Under the pieces are notes generated by a model. It saw only the letters and a program-made list of their open reading frames with translations. It was not told where the DNA came from and searched no databases. A stretch of DNA of 64,000 nucleotides from Octopus vulgaris (taxonomy: Eukaryota), in the NCBI GenBank assembly GCA_951406725.2, contig OX597830.1, positions 28,768,001 to 28,832,000 on the forward strand, read 5' to 3'. This document shows, piece by piece, positions 43,892 through 58,260 of this stretch. Each line of letters begins with the position of its first letter. Position 1 is the first letter of the stretch. A program made the position numbers and the translations under genes.

Positions 43892-45486
43892 AAATGACAT
43901 TACAAAACGGGAGTTATCAATTAGCGGATATCTTACTCCGAATTCATAGGAACTCTACAAAAAACTCTATCTATCTATCTTTTTTATTTAAAAAAACATT
44001 TTTTTTTGTTCTTTTCTCCCCTTTTACGATCCCTCTTGATCGAAAACCTACGTCACCCCCTTTTTTTTGTTTCTTTTGTTTTTTGGTTTTTTCATCCCCC
44101 AAAAGAAAAGCTCTACCTTGTAACTTGTCCCATCTGTGTGCAGCCCTGTGTGGCCAATAAAGAAACTTATCTATCTATCTATCTATCTATCTAATCACGC
44201 ATTAAGATTCCTTTGTTAATATATGCGCTTTAGTTTTTCGATTCTTCTATCGTCTTTACATATCTTTTGGACGTTTTGCTGATCTCGTTTTCTCTATCGT
44301 GAAACTTAGCTTTCGCTGCCAAGTACTGCTGCAAATGCCACTGCATAATACCACTGCCACAAATGTGACATCTACTGTAGCTGCTGCCTTTATATTACTG
44401 CTGTTGCCGGTGCTTCTTCGGTGCTGTTCATGCTAAGAACTGCCACAGCCACTGCAGTAGCGTCTTCCGCCTTTAAACGGCCTGTGATTTCGCTTTCGCT
44501 GTTATTATATCACTCACCTGAAATACATAATATTTTTGTTATTTTTATTTCTGGTGCTGCTACTGCTGCTGTGTTTGTCGTTTATCTATAGCTCAGCTGT
44601 AATCAAGGAGATGCGTATCTAAGGCGTTCCAGCGTGACCATCCCATCTCTTATTGTCAAGAAATAGGACTACGTTATCTAGTGTAAACTTACGTTATTTT
44701 TTTGTTGCTTTTTTACAAGATTGTAAGGTGTGTTTTCAAGGATATTTATAGTATTTTTAATGACTATATATGTTTCCTCATCCAGTGAAATTAGTAAAAA
44801 ATAACATGGGAATGAGCGTTTCGGCGGCCGCCCTCACAGTTAGAAATAACAGTCAGTTCTCCGTTAAATTACATTCTACCCTCCATAATGATATAAAAAG
44901 GCCACATTGGATGTCATTCTTCTGTATATCTTGTGTTACGACTAGACATAAATCTTCGCTATAAAGCTGTCATGAGTCTAAACGAAACCATGGACAACGA
45001 TAACACTTGAGAGATCCTCCATGTGTTAACACCATCTGCTAAAGATAGCAGCTAAATCTCTCTAATATTGCATTGTAGAATATATTAGAAAGATAAAAAG
45101 AGACATTGGATAATGTGGTTTAAGATATCCTATTATGGCTAAACGAAAGACAGGATTGTCACGAGTAGGACGCCTTTCATAATTGATCTATTCTATCAAG
45201 GCTGCACTACTGGGGTTAAATAATAACCTGGACATTGCCAACCCTAAGCAACAATACTAAAAACAACGGGAAAAATACTAACACAAACATTGATAACATC
45301 AACAGCAACGGTATTAGCACCTTCACCAACACTAACAACCAACATAATAAACATGCCAGCACCGTTAACCGCAACAATGCCCTTACTAATACTTACACTC
45401 AACGGCACCGCACGGCAATCGGCAGCCACATTGAAATAACGATTAATATCCACTAATACCAACAATACCCGCCAACATCGTCACTA

Positions 45487-46017
45487 GTGGAGACGCAATG
45501 GCCCAGTGGTTAGGGCAGTGAACTCTCGGTCGTAAGAACGCGGTTTCGATTCCCAGACCGGGCATTGTGAGTGTTTATTGAGCAAAAATACTTAAGCTCC
45601 ACGAGGCTCTGGCGGGGTGATGGTGGTGGTGAACCCTGCTGTACTCTTTCACTACAACTTTCTCTCACTCTTTCTTCCCACTATGGTTAACCCACTATGG
45701 TGTGGTAAGCTTTCATACCCTAGTCTAGATTGCGAATCCCCTGTACATCAGGATGGGTCAGCTCTCCACCAGTTAAAAAACCACCGTTTACGGAATGAGG
45801 ATAACAAAGTAGCTTCCGCGCCCGTGCAACCGCCAGTCGATCGTGTGTTGTGGGTTAATCTTCAAGTTGCCACACGCATTCATAGTAGCTGAGAGTAGGC
45901 TCGAATTAGAGATTATTCTTTGTGGCTAATGGCGTGAGTCCTGATTAGAAGAAGAAGAAGAAGAAGAAGAAGAAGAAGAAGAAGAAGAAGAAGAAGAAGA
46001 AGAAGAAGAAGAAGAAG
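45487..46017 (+). mobile_element. Family C SINE, second copy
   Basis: TGGCCCAGTGGTTAG, GGTTTCGATTCCC, same 3' end GGCTAATGGCG.GAGTCCTGATTA(GAA)n. Confidence 0.9.
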
Positions 46018-46394
46018 ATCGCTAATCTAAGCAATAACACCAGCACTAGTCTTAAAATCAACATTAATTCTGCGAACATTACCACTACCAACTGTCATAT
46101 TACCATCATTACCGATAAAAAGCCGTTGATATTAATTCCTAATTTCGTACCCCTGATGCAAACATACCTAACACATTCGAAAGAGACTCTGCGGACTCTC
46201 CAAACATGGTAGAGAGAGCGTCTAAATTTCTCTCATATCAAAACCCTAGTAGATTAAAAAGGAGACAGCTCACTTATTAGTTAATTCCGTCCTACGTAAT
46301 AATCTCACAACCTTAAGAGCATCAAGTTAGATACATTTGACGTGTCTTTGAACCTAGGGTTGACCTGTCGTTCAACAATACATCTTAGCTATCA

Positions 46395-46650
46395 GTAATA
46401 TTTCGGTACTACAGACATATCCTTAGAATGTCGTAGAAAAGCATAGCAAAACGAATTCCTCAAAGCAAGCCACCCGGCAGGAAACTTAGGGGTAGATCAA
46501 GAAGTACACGGTTGGATAGTATTCATAGTTCCTGTTGGTCATTTGTTGGAAACCAGCCAGAAAGTGTAACAAGGGTTGCCTCTGATAGGACCATATGGAA
46601 GAGGAGCCCAGGAGGACCCTCCTAGTATTAATGGATTATGTAAAAAAGGA
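46395..46650 (+). mobile_element. RTE-clade LINE 3' end (second subfamily)
   Basis: One frame from 46401 reads FRYYRHILRMS*KSIAKRIPQSKPPGRKLRGRSRSTRLDSI...VASDRTIWKR, matching RTE LRW-GHV-RM..G-R-RGRPR-RW-D..A-DR--WR. Confidence 0.82.
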
Positions 46651-47900
46651 ACTTTAGATGTTCAAAGATGAGGGAAAATAGAATACTGCGAACTGTATGC
46701 CTTCTCTAACTCCCCGGAATTCATGCTTATTGAACCGACACATACTCAACTCCCAAATCTTTGTAAAAGTAAAACCGCATAATACAAATCAACCTACGAG
46801 AAATACCAGCTACATTTCCCTCATTTTCTTACTTTCTTTCAGTACCGAAAGATCCCACAAATTTTTTTGAGAAGCCGTATGCCCATGTATAAATTTCATG
46901 GGAAAATGCAAAGTTAGAACTTAGTTGCCAGTTTTGGGGTATTTTCTGAGAATCTTCGTCACAGATGCCTGAACACTGAGAACGTAAAGAGCTGCAAAAA
47001 ATATATCTAAGTATTTTGAAAGCATTAGCAAATGTGTCGTCAGTCCATGTACTTGAAATAGTAATTTTTTTTTATCAAATGCAAATTTTTCCTCAGCTTG
47101 GTTTAAACTTAGAAATTAAAATCAGGTCAGTTATGAGACAAGGGCCGTATCTGTATCTAACTGGGTCGTCCCGAGTTACGCGCTGTGCAGTGTTCCAGTC
47201 GAAACTAAAATGATTCGTGAGAGCCAAAATATGACAGCATTTAGTGGTTGCTTGAGTTGCGAGACGTAGCAGCTAAATATCCCTCAGGGCAAACTCTGCA
47301 ATGTTAAGAATATTGGAAAAAAACGTTGGAAAAAAATCTGTTCCAGAGTTTCTAGCACATGAAACAATGGATATGTGGTCACAGTTTTATTACCTTTGAT
47401 CACAGGTTTGCCTGGTCAAGACAGACCTAGGACATCTTGAACACATCGAGTCAAGATGGCAGGCATTATATTTTGACTTGATGAAAAGAAATGATTTTAA
47501 ATCGCGCCATTGTGGGAAATGAGTTATCCTCAAACCGAAGCCTTGGTACCGAATGTTTCCAGCATACTGGACACCGCTAAGGGCAACCAAGGGTCATATG
47601 GAGATGTTAAACAGGAAAAAAGATTTAGGTTTTTACCTAAGTAGAGTGCGCCAGAGTTTGAACTCACCACATAATTAGCTGAAAAAAATTAGATGCGTGG
47701 TGACCAATGCTCGAGTTATTTTACTAGTACAATTCCAGACTTATTTCTAAAAGCATTCCAGCCATGACCATTCCATCATTTTGTACATTGAGAACTACTT
47801 TTGTGAATGGTTCTTCGTTTTCTAGTCTTTTTAAGAAATTGGGGTATAAATGGTAAGAATTTGGTCAAAATTTCTACAAGAAAGTGGGGGAGGCATTTAT

Positions 47901-48164
47901 CAGTGATTTTTCGACCGGGTTCCATATGGCCCTTCGGGGTCATATAACATTTCGTTGTTAAAATTTATGTGCATTGAATTGGTTATATTTCTGCAATAAG
48001 CAAAATATTTTAATTGCTTTTATACAATTCCTAACGTTATTTAACAATAAAAATACAGCTAGATTTTTTTTATATATATATATACTAAGAATTGCTATGG
48101 TGGTCCAGGAGAATAAAATAGGGAGCAAAGAATTCCATAGGCAAAAAATAGTCGAGAATCACCA
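47901..48164. mobile_element. hAT-type MITE, same family as 19467-19817, opposite orientation
   Basis: CAGTGATTTTTCGACC ... GTCGAGAATCACC termini; shared internal GCTATGGTG.TCCA. Confidence 0.62.
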
Positions 48165-48806
48165 GTGTGGAGGCCCTAGATAATTTGAGAAAGTAGGGAT
48201 CATGTCGTTTTTGTTTAGCCCTAGGTCAGCTCTTATCGAGCAATTGTATGATCAGAAAAATTCGAGTGTTAAGCATCCCATCCTTTCCCAAGAGCACAGA
48301 ACCGAGGAACACATCATAGAATAACTCCCTATATTTACGCAGTAAATTGTAATAAAAAGTCAAGGTGATTTGAGGGTGATTTGGCGGCTATTTTTCGCAG
48401 ATCTAGAGATTAGGTAGAGACTTCAGGTGGTGGAGGTGGAGGTGGTGGTGAAGCTATACTTACGTTTCCTCTAATATTTGAGGTCTCGTATCCGGGACAA
48501 TAACAATATGTGTCGTGTAATGGGGAAGATTTAACTGCTATGTCTAGTGGTTTCCTTGTTATTTCGATATTCTCGTTGTTATTGGTTTTGTTGCTTGAAC
48601 TGCTGACAGTGCTCCAGCTGCTGCTATCACTTGCTGATATATGTGGAGTGTGTATGTGTGTGTGTGTGTGTGTGTGTAGATGCGTGTATACATAAAATCA
48701 TAAACACACACACACATATATGTACATATAATTATATATTTACATGTATGCAAAACACAGGTACACACTCACACATACATATCTATATATAAACACGTGT
48801 GTGCGG

Positions 48807-48844
<38 letters not shown>

Positions 48845-49402
48845 TCAGTGACATGCACACTGGTTCACAGAAAGATTTGTACACACACACACAGATACGT
48901 AGACACGCTTGCACAGTCATAACTGCACTTACCAACACAGATCAAATGAACTCATATATACACGCACATAATAAATATACGAAGACGGACACAAGAACCT
49001 AATCGCTAATTCTTATTCCTGCTGCAAGATGCTACTGCTGTTGTTGCACATTGCTTTCTTCCCATTGCTGCTACCATCTGGCACTGCTCGGTGCCATTTC
49101 ATATGGTCACATTTTACTGTCGTTTATTCTTCCCTTCTCTTCTTGTTGCCGTTATATACTTTCTTTTATTTTTTTTTCTTAGAAGACAAACTGCAGAGTC
49201 CAGTATATATATATTTCAGTTCTTCCTGTGCTTCAATCTTTTCATTGATTGTTCCGAATTCCTTCATTCCGTCGTTCCTTTATTCCTTTATACAATTTCT
49301 TAACGTTCCTATCAGATTTTACATTACCGTGTTTTAACGAGCCAGTGAGAAAAAAATATAATTGTTCCATAAGCCTGGTAGAAAAAGCATATACTGAGAG
49401 AC

Positions 49403-49454
<52 letters not shown>

Positions 49455-49563
49455 AGGGACCATTAAAAATCTGTTTGTCTTTCTGCTCTCTCACTCTCTC
49501 TATCTTCACCTCTTGGCCTATATATATGTGTGTGTGAGTGCCCGTATAATATGTATGTATATA

Positions 49564-49608
<45 letters not shown>

Positions 49609-49618
49609 TAGATATATT

Positions 49619-49654
<36 letters not shown>

Positions 49655-49802
49655 CATATATATACATATATATACATATATATCTTAGAGTTCGTTGAAT
49701 TGTGTACAGGTAAAATTATATAACAAAGAAGTTCCAACACACACATAGATACACACATACACACACATACGCATGTATGTAAGGATGTATGTACGTACGC
49801 AC

Positions 49803-49858
<56 letters not shown>

Positions 49859-49884
49859 ATATCTATCTATCTATCTATCTATCA

Positions 49885-49958
<74 letters not shown>

Positions 49959-50246
49959 GTATTTTGCTTCAAATCACTTCTTGGAAAATAACCATTTGAG
50001 CACTGCAATATTACCTGATCTTTCTGAGGTTGTCATATGGGGGAAATTCTTTGATAATAGGTCTGCTCAGTCAGGGAAACTTAAGGAAACGAAGCAGGAC
50101 GAGTAACAACGACGGCAACAACTGCTGAAACTACGTATCAAATTGTTCCAGTAAATATATCCCACTCTAGAACTCTCACCGTTTCTGCCTCTTACCTTCT
50201 CTTCATATATGAGTGAATGCGTGGGTATGTGCGTGTCTACGTGTCT

Positions 50247-50278
<32 letters not shown>

Positions 50279-50334
50279 ACACACATACACACACACACAC
50301 ACACACGCACTTATATATATATATATATATACTG

Positions 50335-51072
50335 TTGCTCTTTTGCTCTTTAAATTGTTTCAGTAATTTGACTGCGGCCATGCTGGAGTAACGCTTTTAG
50401 TCGAACAAGTCGACCTCAGGGCTTATTCTTTTGTAAGCCTAGTACTTATTCTAGCTGTCCCTTTTGCCGAAACACTGATTTATAGGGACGTAAACACACC
50501 AGCAACGTCTAATGTCAAACGATGGTGGTGGGGCAAACACAGCGACACAAAGATATATACATAGATACGACGGGCTTCATTCAGTTTCCGTCTACCAATT
50601 TGGTCGGCCACAAGCTATAGTAGAAGACACTAATCCTAGGACTAAAACCAGAACCATGTGGTCATTTGACTGGAGCAACGCCTTTAGTCGAAAAAATCGA
50701 CCCCGGGACATATTTTTTGTAAGCCTAGTACTTATTCCAGTAGTCTCTTTTTTCCGAACCGCTAAGGTACCGGGACGTAAACACACCAGAATCGGTTGTG
50801 AAACAGACTCACAAACACACACACATACATACACACACACACGCACACACAAACTCACACACACACATACACAGACTCTCACACAGACACACACACACAC
50901 AAATATATATATATATATATATATACGACGGGCTTCTTTCAGTTTCCGTTTACTAAATCAACTCACAAGGCTTAGGTCGGCCCGAAGATATAGTAGAAGA
51001 CAGTAATCCTAGGTGCCACGCAGTGGGAATGAACCCGGAACCATATGGTTGGCAAGCAAGCTACTTACCACC
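50335..51072 (-). mobile_element. Two tandem family A SINEs (50335-50660, 50661-51072)
   Basis: Both align to family A and share the variant TAATCCTAGG. Confidence 0.88.
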
Positions 51073-51289
51073 ATGTGTATCTGTATTTATATTGTTTTAT
51101 TTGATTTTATTATTAAGTCGGTCACTGAAAGATGGTGTATTATACTCCTAGTACGCGTCCACATTCTGTTTATCATCATCATCATCTTAATCCACTTCCT
51201 CCTCCCCCTACTCCTCCTCCTCCTCATCATCATCTTCGTCGTCATCATTGTCATCGTCGTCGTCGTCGTCGTCATCATCATCATCATCA

Positions 51290-51338
<49 letters not shown>

Positions 51339-51442
51339 TAACTTTCATTCTCCCGAGAAAGTTGCTTTCTATTTGAGTCGTCGTTATGTACACATCCATA
51401 TATAAAAGCAAGGGCATAAACGTATAAGTGTGTGTATATGTG

Positions 51443-51480
<38 letters not shown>

Positions 51481-51871
51481 CCTGTGTACATATATGTATG
51501 TATAGGTAAATATATATGTGTGTATGTATGTATGTATAGATAAATACATATATAAATATATATACGCAGGACATAGAGATATGTATGAGCACGGGGGAGC
51601 TGTACTGGAAAATGTTAATTGCCATGTTTGATTACTCTCATTCATAAAGACTATTTTTTCATTTGTTACGGTATTTTTTTTCTATGCATTTTACCTCGTC
51701 ATTATTATTTGTAATTAGCTTCGCATCCAATGGGAATTGAACTCCAGACACTTAAGTTTAGTGTAAGATAACATCTAACTGCCTCTTCTTCAATTTATCT
51801 CTATCTCTGACACTCGTTCGCCTGATATTTGTGTGCGCGTGTGCATGCATGTAGATATATATATATGTATG

Positions 51872-51904
<33 letters not shown>

Positions 51905-51911
<7 letters not shown>

Positions 51912-52777
51912 AAAAATTTACTGGGAAAACAGAAAGGAAACGAAACGAAACAACACGAGGGCACTCAGTCAGGCAATAATATGATAAATAAAATATATGC
52001 ATACATACATACATATATGTACGTACCTACATCTACATTTATATATACATGCATATATAAATATATATACGTGAGTACAGGACACCACAAATAGACGTAG
52101 AACTCAACGAGAAACGAAAACGTAAAAACAAACAAGGAAACGGACCTTTTTTAACAACGAAAAAAAAAACAGAGTATAAGACAAACTACACAAGGAAAAT
52201 TCCCCTTCGTCAGCTGTCCTTAGTTCGACTCCATGCGTGTTTCGAAGGTGGGGACAGAACACGACTCGTCGGACTAGTACTTCCTGCGAAAGAATTAAAT
52301 AAATTTCCTTTGCAGAGGGGTAAAAACAAGGAAAGAAAAAAATGTGACAAAAACAGGACGTAAAACAATACGAATAAAAAACAAATACAAAATAAAAATA
52401 CAAATACAAAAAAAAATACAATAAAGAAAGGAATAAAAACAGGACAGGAAAACAAACAATGGGGGCCTTTAAGCCTAGAGGAGGAAAAATTCACGAGCGC
52501 AGGAAAAAATATGTTTACTTGTAGGAGGCCGCGAGCGAAAGGAAGTTCGTCGACCCGGCTGTGAGAGAGATGAGGAGGAGAGAGAGAGAGAGAGAGAGGA
52601 AGGAAACCAGAGAGGGTGAAAAAAAGAGAAGGAGAGAAACAAAAGAGAGGAAGACAGACAGGAAGGAAGAGAAGGTCAAGCAAAGGGTTACAGAGTTTCG
52701 CGTCATAATTATATATAAAAAACTTACTGGGAGAACAGAAAGGAAAAGAAACGAAACGACGCGAGGGCGCTCAGTCA
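51905..52777 (-). mobile_element. Penelope-like relic bounded by 67-bp direct repeats
   Basis: 51905-51971 vs 52711-52777 are 61/67 identical; internal minus-strand CCTTCGAAAC and CTGACGAAGG; T-rich tails on the minus strand; abuts (TA)n. Confidence 0.5.
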
Positions 52778-52873
52778 TGCGAAACTCTGTTCTGCTTAGC
52801 ACCATAAAGAATAGCGCCTTCAGCGTCCGTTATTCCCGAATTGTCATCGACATCATCATCATCATCAATGGTA

Positions 52874-53333
52874 ATGGATGTGTGGTAAGGAGTTTGCATC
52901 CCAAACTCATAGTCTTCTGTTCTGTCCCTCGAAGAAGTGTCTTCTACTGTAGCCTCAAGCCGCCGAAGCCTTGTGAGCAGAATTGGTAGACCGAGATTCA
53001 ATGACGACGCTCGTCGTATACATACAAATATACATACATACGTACATATATACATACATACATGCATACATACATACATATATACATAGGTACGTACAAA
53101 GATACGTACGCACGTACATACATACATGTGTGTGTGTGTGTATGTGTATGTATGTATTTGTGTATGTGTTTGTCCCACAACATCGCTTGACAACCGGTGG
53201 TTGTGTGTTTTATACGCCCGTAACTTACTGGTTCAGCAAGACAGATTGATATTATAACTATCAGGCTTTGCAAGAACAGAATATGTACTGGGATCGATCT
53301 GTTCGATTCCAGTTGAAGGTGGTGCCCCAGCAT
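52874..53333 (+). mobile_element. Diverged family A SINE
   Basis: GATGTGTGGTAAG head, AAGTGTCTTCTACTGTAGCCTC, CAACATCGCTTGACAACCGG, GGTGCCCCAGCAT. Confidence 0.82.
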
Positions 53334-53674
53334 TTTTTTAAACGTCGCTGTTACCAGTACAGTCAATTTTCATCATAGGGGAACCTAAACTTGAACCCCA
53401 TCCCTCAGAAGACAGGGTGGTGGTTAAGGTAGCGATTGCTTTCAGTCATAGTTCTGTTCAAACAGGATTGACTGAAGATTTTAATCAAGGTTAATACGAG
53501 ATCGATCATGAAGGTGCTTCTACATGGTAGCTCAGGCTAAGAGCCAACCAGATTTCCGTCAAATCATATACTATACTCATATGAAAGGAATATAGGCCGA
53601 ATAGCCACAGTTGGAAGGGCTCGAATGCATACAGCAATAAGACTCAGCTAGAGGTCGGACAGCGACAGCAGCAG

Positions 53675-53815
53675 TATCATCATCATCATCATCACCATCA
53701 TCATCACCATCATCATCACCATCATCATCACCACCAGCTTCATCCTCATCATTATCACCATCATCATCATCTTCATCATCACCACCACCACCACCATTAC
53801 CATCATCATCACCAC

Positions 53816-53851
<36 letters not shown>

Positions 53852-55738
53852 TATCATCATCATCATCATCAACAACACCAACACCAACAACAACAACATC
53901 AACAATCTCTGCCTAATTCTTAAGCATTCAGCAACAGTCATAAGCAGAGTGAATCTCATCAGAAACCATCCGCAACCCATAGCGCGTGCAACCATTAGAG
54001 CAATTACTTTTCTCATTGGCACCACTACCAGTAACACCATCATATTAACCACCGCCAAAGCCGTCACCACTACCGGACAACCATAACCACAAACATCACC
54101 ACAACCATCAACACCACGACTATTGTCAGCACCACCAAACAGCTAAAACCATCACCATACCCACCACCACAATCAAAACCATCAAATAATTCTGAGTTCA
54201 AATTCCGCTTAGGGCGACTTCGTTGATCATCGATTCAGTTACTAAAATTTAAGTTCCAGTTAAACACCAAAGCCTCTTTTGGTACTACCAAAGCAGTACA
54301 CACCACCTCCAGCAATACCAAAATCGACACCACCATCATAACCACCACCACCACCACCACCACCACCACGAAAACCACCACCGCCACCAAAACCACCGCC
54401 ACCAAAACCACCGCCTCCACCACCTTCACAAACACAATACTTCACCATCAGACACACGTAGTCGCCAACACCACTATAGCTGTTCCTTTCATAAGCATTC
54501 CACTGTAGTATTTTCAGACGGATAACCATCAGCGCAACCGGCATCACAACCGTTGTCATTAATATCATAATTATTGACGTCACAAATATTACCATCACAA
54601 CCAATTATTACCAAAGCAATAACCATTACCGTCATCATCATCACCACCAACAACATCATGAACTTTCGGAATCCACAACGTTTTGTCATAGACACCGATT
54701 TCAATATGAATAGTAACACAATTGTGATGAGATATTATAGCATCATGACCATCACCATCATCATCATCATCCTCATGCTAGCGTAACCAGCAAGATTCTT
54801 CATCATTAACATCGCCGTCGTCATCGTTGTCTTCGTTGTCTTCGCCGTCGTCGCCATCATCATTGACGTCATCTTTCCCCTGCTCCTCCCCCCCCTCTTC
54901 CTCCTCCTCATCATCATCCACATCACTATGATTATCACCACCAATGACATCACCAACCATAGAGTCATCATCAAGCACAACTTTCAACGTGGTGCCCCAG
55001 CATGACCGCAGCTTTGAAAGCGGAACAATTTAAAGAATTAAAGAATTAAAATCATCCTCATCACCAGCACCACCATCACCACTACCACAACCACCACCAC
55101 CATCACCACCACCACCACAACCATCACCACCTTCTTACCCACTCTCTCCCTCATCCTCCCCTTCTTCCTCATCATCATTAAGACGTTCAGAAACAATGCC
55201 ATTAGAACCCACGCCACCGCAATCACAATTAAGACAAACATCGACAGGGCAATCATCACTGCTATGATCATAGTAACGACACAAAAAAAAAAAAAACATC
55301 ACAATTACATCAGAAGCATGAACATCACAGTTACACACATCAGCATCACAACCATCGCCATCAACATCACAGTGTTGATCATCATCACCATCATCATCAC
55401 CATCTTCTTCATCATCATCAGTATCGTCATCCTCACCATCCTCATCATCGTCGTCGTGGTCGTCGTCACCATCATCATCATCACCATCATCATCACCACC
55501 ACCATCATCATCATCAGCAGCAGCAGCATCAGCATCAGCATCATCATCACCATCATCATCATCGTCATCATCGTCGTCGTCGTCATCATCATCCTCATCA
55601 CTATATTCTTCTTCATCATTATCAGCATCGTCATCATCATCATCGTCGCTGCCGTCGTTGTCGTCGTCACCATCATCATCATCTTCGTCGTCGTCATCAT
55701 CATCATCATCAGTATTTTCTTCGTCACCATGGTCGTCG

Positions 55739-55771
<33 letters not shown>

Positions 55772-56498
55772 CTGTCAACATCATAACCATCATCATCAAC
55801 AATAACATCACAGCCATCATATCACCAGCACTGTGTCAATCAGAAACATCTCTATTGCCATCATCATCATCATCAATATCGTCGTCGTCCTCCTCCTTAT
55901 TATCGCCATCAATGGCATCATCATCATCATCATCGTCATCTTCGTCGTCATCGACATATTTACAACGTCATTAATAATGTAAACACCAGCCTTTTGCATA
56001 AGCATCATAATCAGAACAGTCACCATTAACATCAACAGCGTCATCATCATCACCATCACAATCAAAACTCACCATCATAATCGAAGCAATGAAAATCACA
56101 ACCACCAACACCACCATCGCTAACTCAGCCACCGCTATAATCAATGTTATTGACCCCATCGTCAACATCCCAATATTTCGTCTAGACCAACATCAGCATC
56201 ACCACTACGACCAACGCCACCACCACCACCAACAACAACAACAAAAACCAACATCCCCACCACCACCACCACCATAATCACTACCACTACGACCACCATC
56301 ACCACCACTATGACCACAATTACCGCCGCCACCACCACCACCACCATCATCACCATCGTCATTACTAACACCACCATCGCAATCGTCATTACCACCACCA
56401 CCACCACCACCACCACCACTAACAACAAGAACAACACCACCACGGCCACCACCACCAACAACACCATCACCACCACTACCACCGCCGCCGCCGCCGCC

Positions 56499-56529
<31 letters not shown>

Positions 56530-56660
56530 CCATCACCACCACTACCGCCGCCGTCGCCGCCATCACCACCACCATCACCACCATCACCATCGTCTCTACT
56601 AACACCATCATCGCCATCGTCATTACAACCACCACCACCACCACTACCACCACCACGACC

Positions 56661-56691
<31 letters not shown>

Positions 56692-56950
56692 CCGTCAACA
56701 CCGTCACAATATTTCGTCAAGACCACTAACCACCAAGCACCAGCACCAGCAGCAACAACAACAACAAGAAGCTCACCATCAGAAGGGCCACCAATGCAAT
56801 CAACGACGTTACCACCTCCAGTGAAGTCTGAAGCACCTTCAGCATAACAACAACAACACCGCCGTCACCATCAACATCACCAGCATCACCATCAACATCA
56901 ACATCACCATCATGAGTAAACATGGTCGACATCAACGCATCTCACATCGC
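53675..56950. repeat. Degenerate (CAT/CAC/CAA/CGT)n trinucleotide domain, C-rich on + strand
   Basis: Direct reading; poly-I/T/H and poly-M/V ORFs. Confidence 0.95.
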
Positions 56951-57179
56951 CACCAATTTTCACTTCCATCCTCATCAAAACCAACGTCAGCTTCACCATT
57001 AAGAAAAGATATATGTACGTAAATTTTCCAAATGTGGATTAACGTCCATTTCTCCTCCCCCTCATCCTCATCCTCATCCTCCTTCTCATTTCCCCACTTA
57101 TATTAACCCTCTCAAACACCGATTCTCTCTCTCTCTCTCTTTCTCTGTGTATATGGGTGTACGTATATCTGTATAGCTG

Positions 57180-57214
57180 TGTGTGTGTGTGTGTGTGTAT
57201 ATATATAAAGATTA

Positions 57215-57270
<56 letters not shown>

Positions 57271-57326
57271 CACATACACACACACACACGTACATATATA
57301 TATATAAATGTTTATATATGAATATT

Positions 57327-57384
<58 letters not shown>

Positions 57385-57389
57385 TATAC

Positions 57390-57426
<37 letters not shown>

Positions 57427-57433
57427 CATATAC

Positions 57434-57506
<73 letters not shown>

Positions 57507-57545
57507 ATATATATAAGCATGTATGTATATGCATGTATATATATG

Positions 57546-57576
<31 letters not shown>

Positions 57577-57648
57577 GCAGAGGGAGAGAGAGATAGACAG
57601 ACAGACAGACATATAGATAGATAGATAAATAGATAGATAGATAGATAT

Positions 57649-57714
<66 letters not shown>

Positions 57715-57725
57715 GTATATATATA
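57180..57725. repeat. (TA)n and (GATA)n arrays
   Basis: Direct reading. Confidence 0.95.
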
Positions 57726-57968
57726 AGTGCATATATGTATGTAGCTCTGCTCTGACTGTTCTTCGCAGCATCACGCTTCCTTCTCTTACTGTCCGCCTCT
57801 GACAGGGTTCTTCGACGCTTTTCAGCCGAAGCCCCAACTCCTTCATCTACACCACAACACCCTACTGCCAGTCTCGACACCCGAATACACACACACACAT
57901 ACACAACACAACACACAATTACACATACAGGCACGCGCGCAAATTATTATTATTATATATGTATATAT

Positions 57969-58024
<56 letters not shown>

Positions 58025-58179
58025 GACAGAGGCATACTTTCATCAAACACTTATTCTCCTTCGTCTTTCCCTCCCATATTTTCTTACCCTTTCGACCCCA
58101 CCTTCTCTCTCTCTCCCTCTCTCTCTTTCTATATTTCGCTCCTTGTTTTGCTCTCATATTTTCTCAATTTATTTTTCAT

Positions 58180-58227
58180 CATTACCGTCCATGTCGTTGT
58201 CGGATCGTCGTCATCGCCATCATCGTT

Positions 58228-58260
<33 letters not shown>

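Larger units (their letters stand above)
44580..48420. mobile_element. Multiple highly diverged copies of an unclassified repeat (family D) in both orientations
   Basis: Recurring segments TTTAGCCC.AGGTCAG, TTCCAGC..TGACCAT.CC and ATAGCAGC.AAAT.TC near 44590, 44840, 45030, 46200, 47260, 47750 and 48210; also near 27620, 28885 and 50030. Confidence 0.55.

Noticed and set aside
49150-49210. Strong polypyrimidine tract plus TAG acceptor at 49182
   Set aside because: No credible donor or reading frame downstream.
52195-52280. Type II hammerhead on the minus strand (CCTTCGAAAC...GTC...CTGACGAAGG)
   Set aside because: The half-motifs are present, but stems I and III cannot be paired convincingly; kept only as a relic.
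55264-55974. 236-aa hydrophobic ORF as a membrane protein
   Set aside because: Poly-ATC/GTC repeat; no loop structure or family motif.
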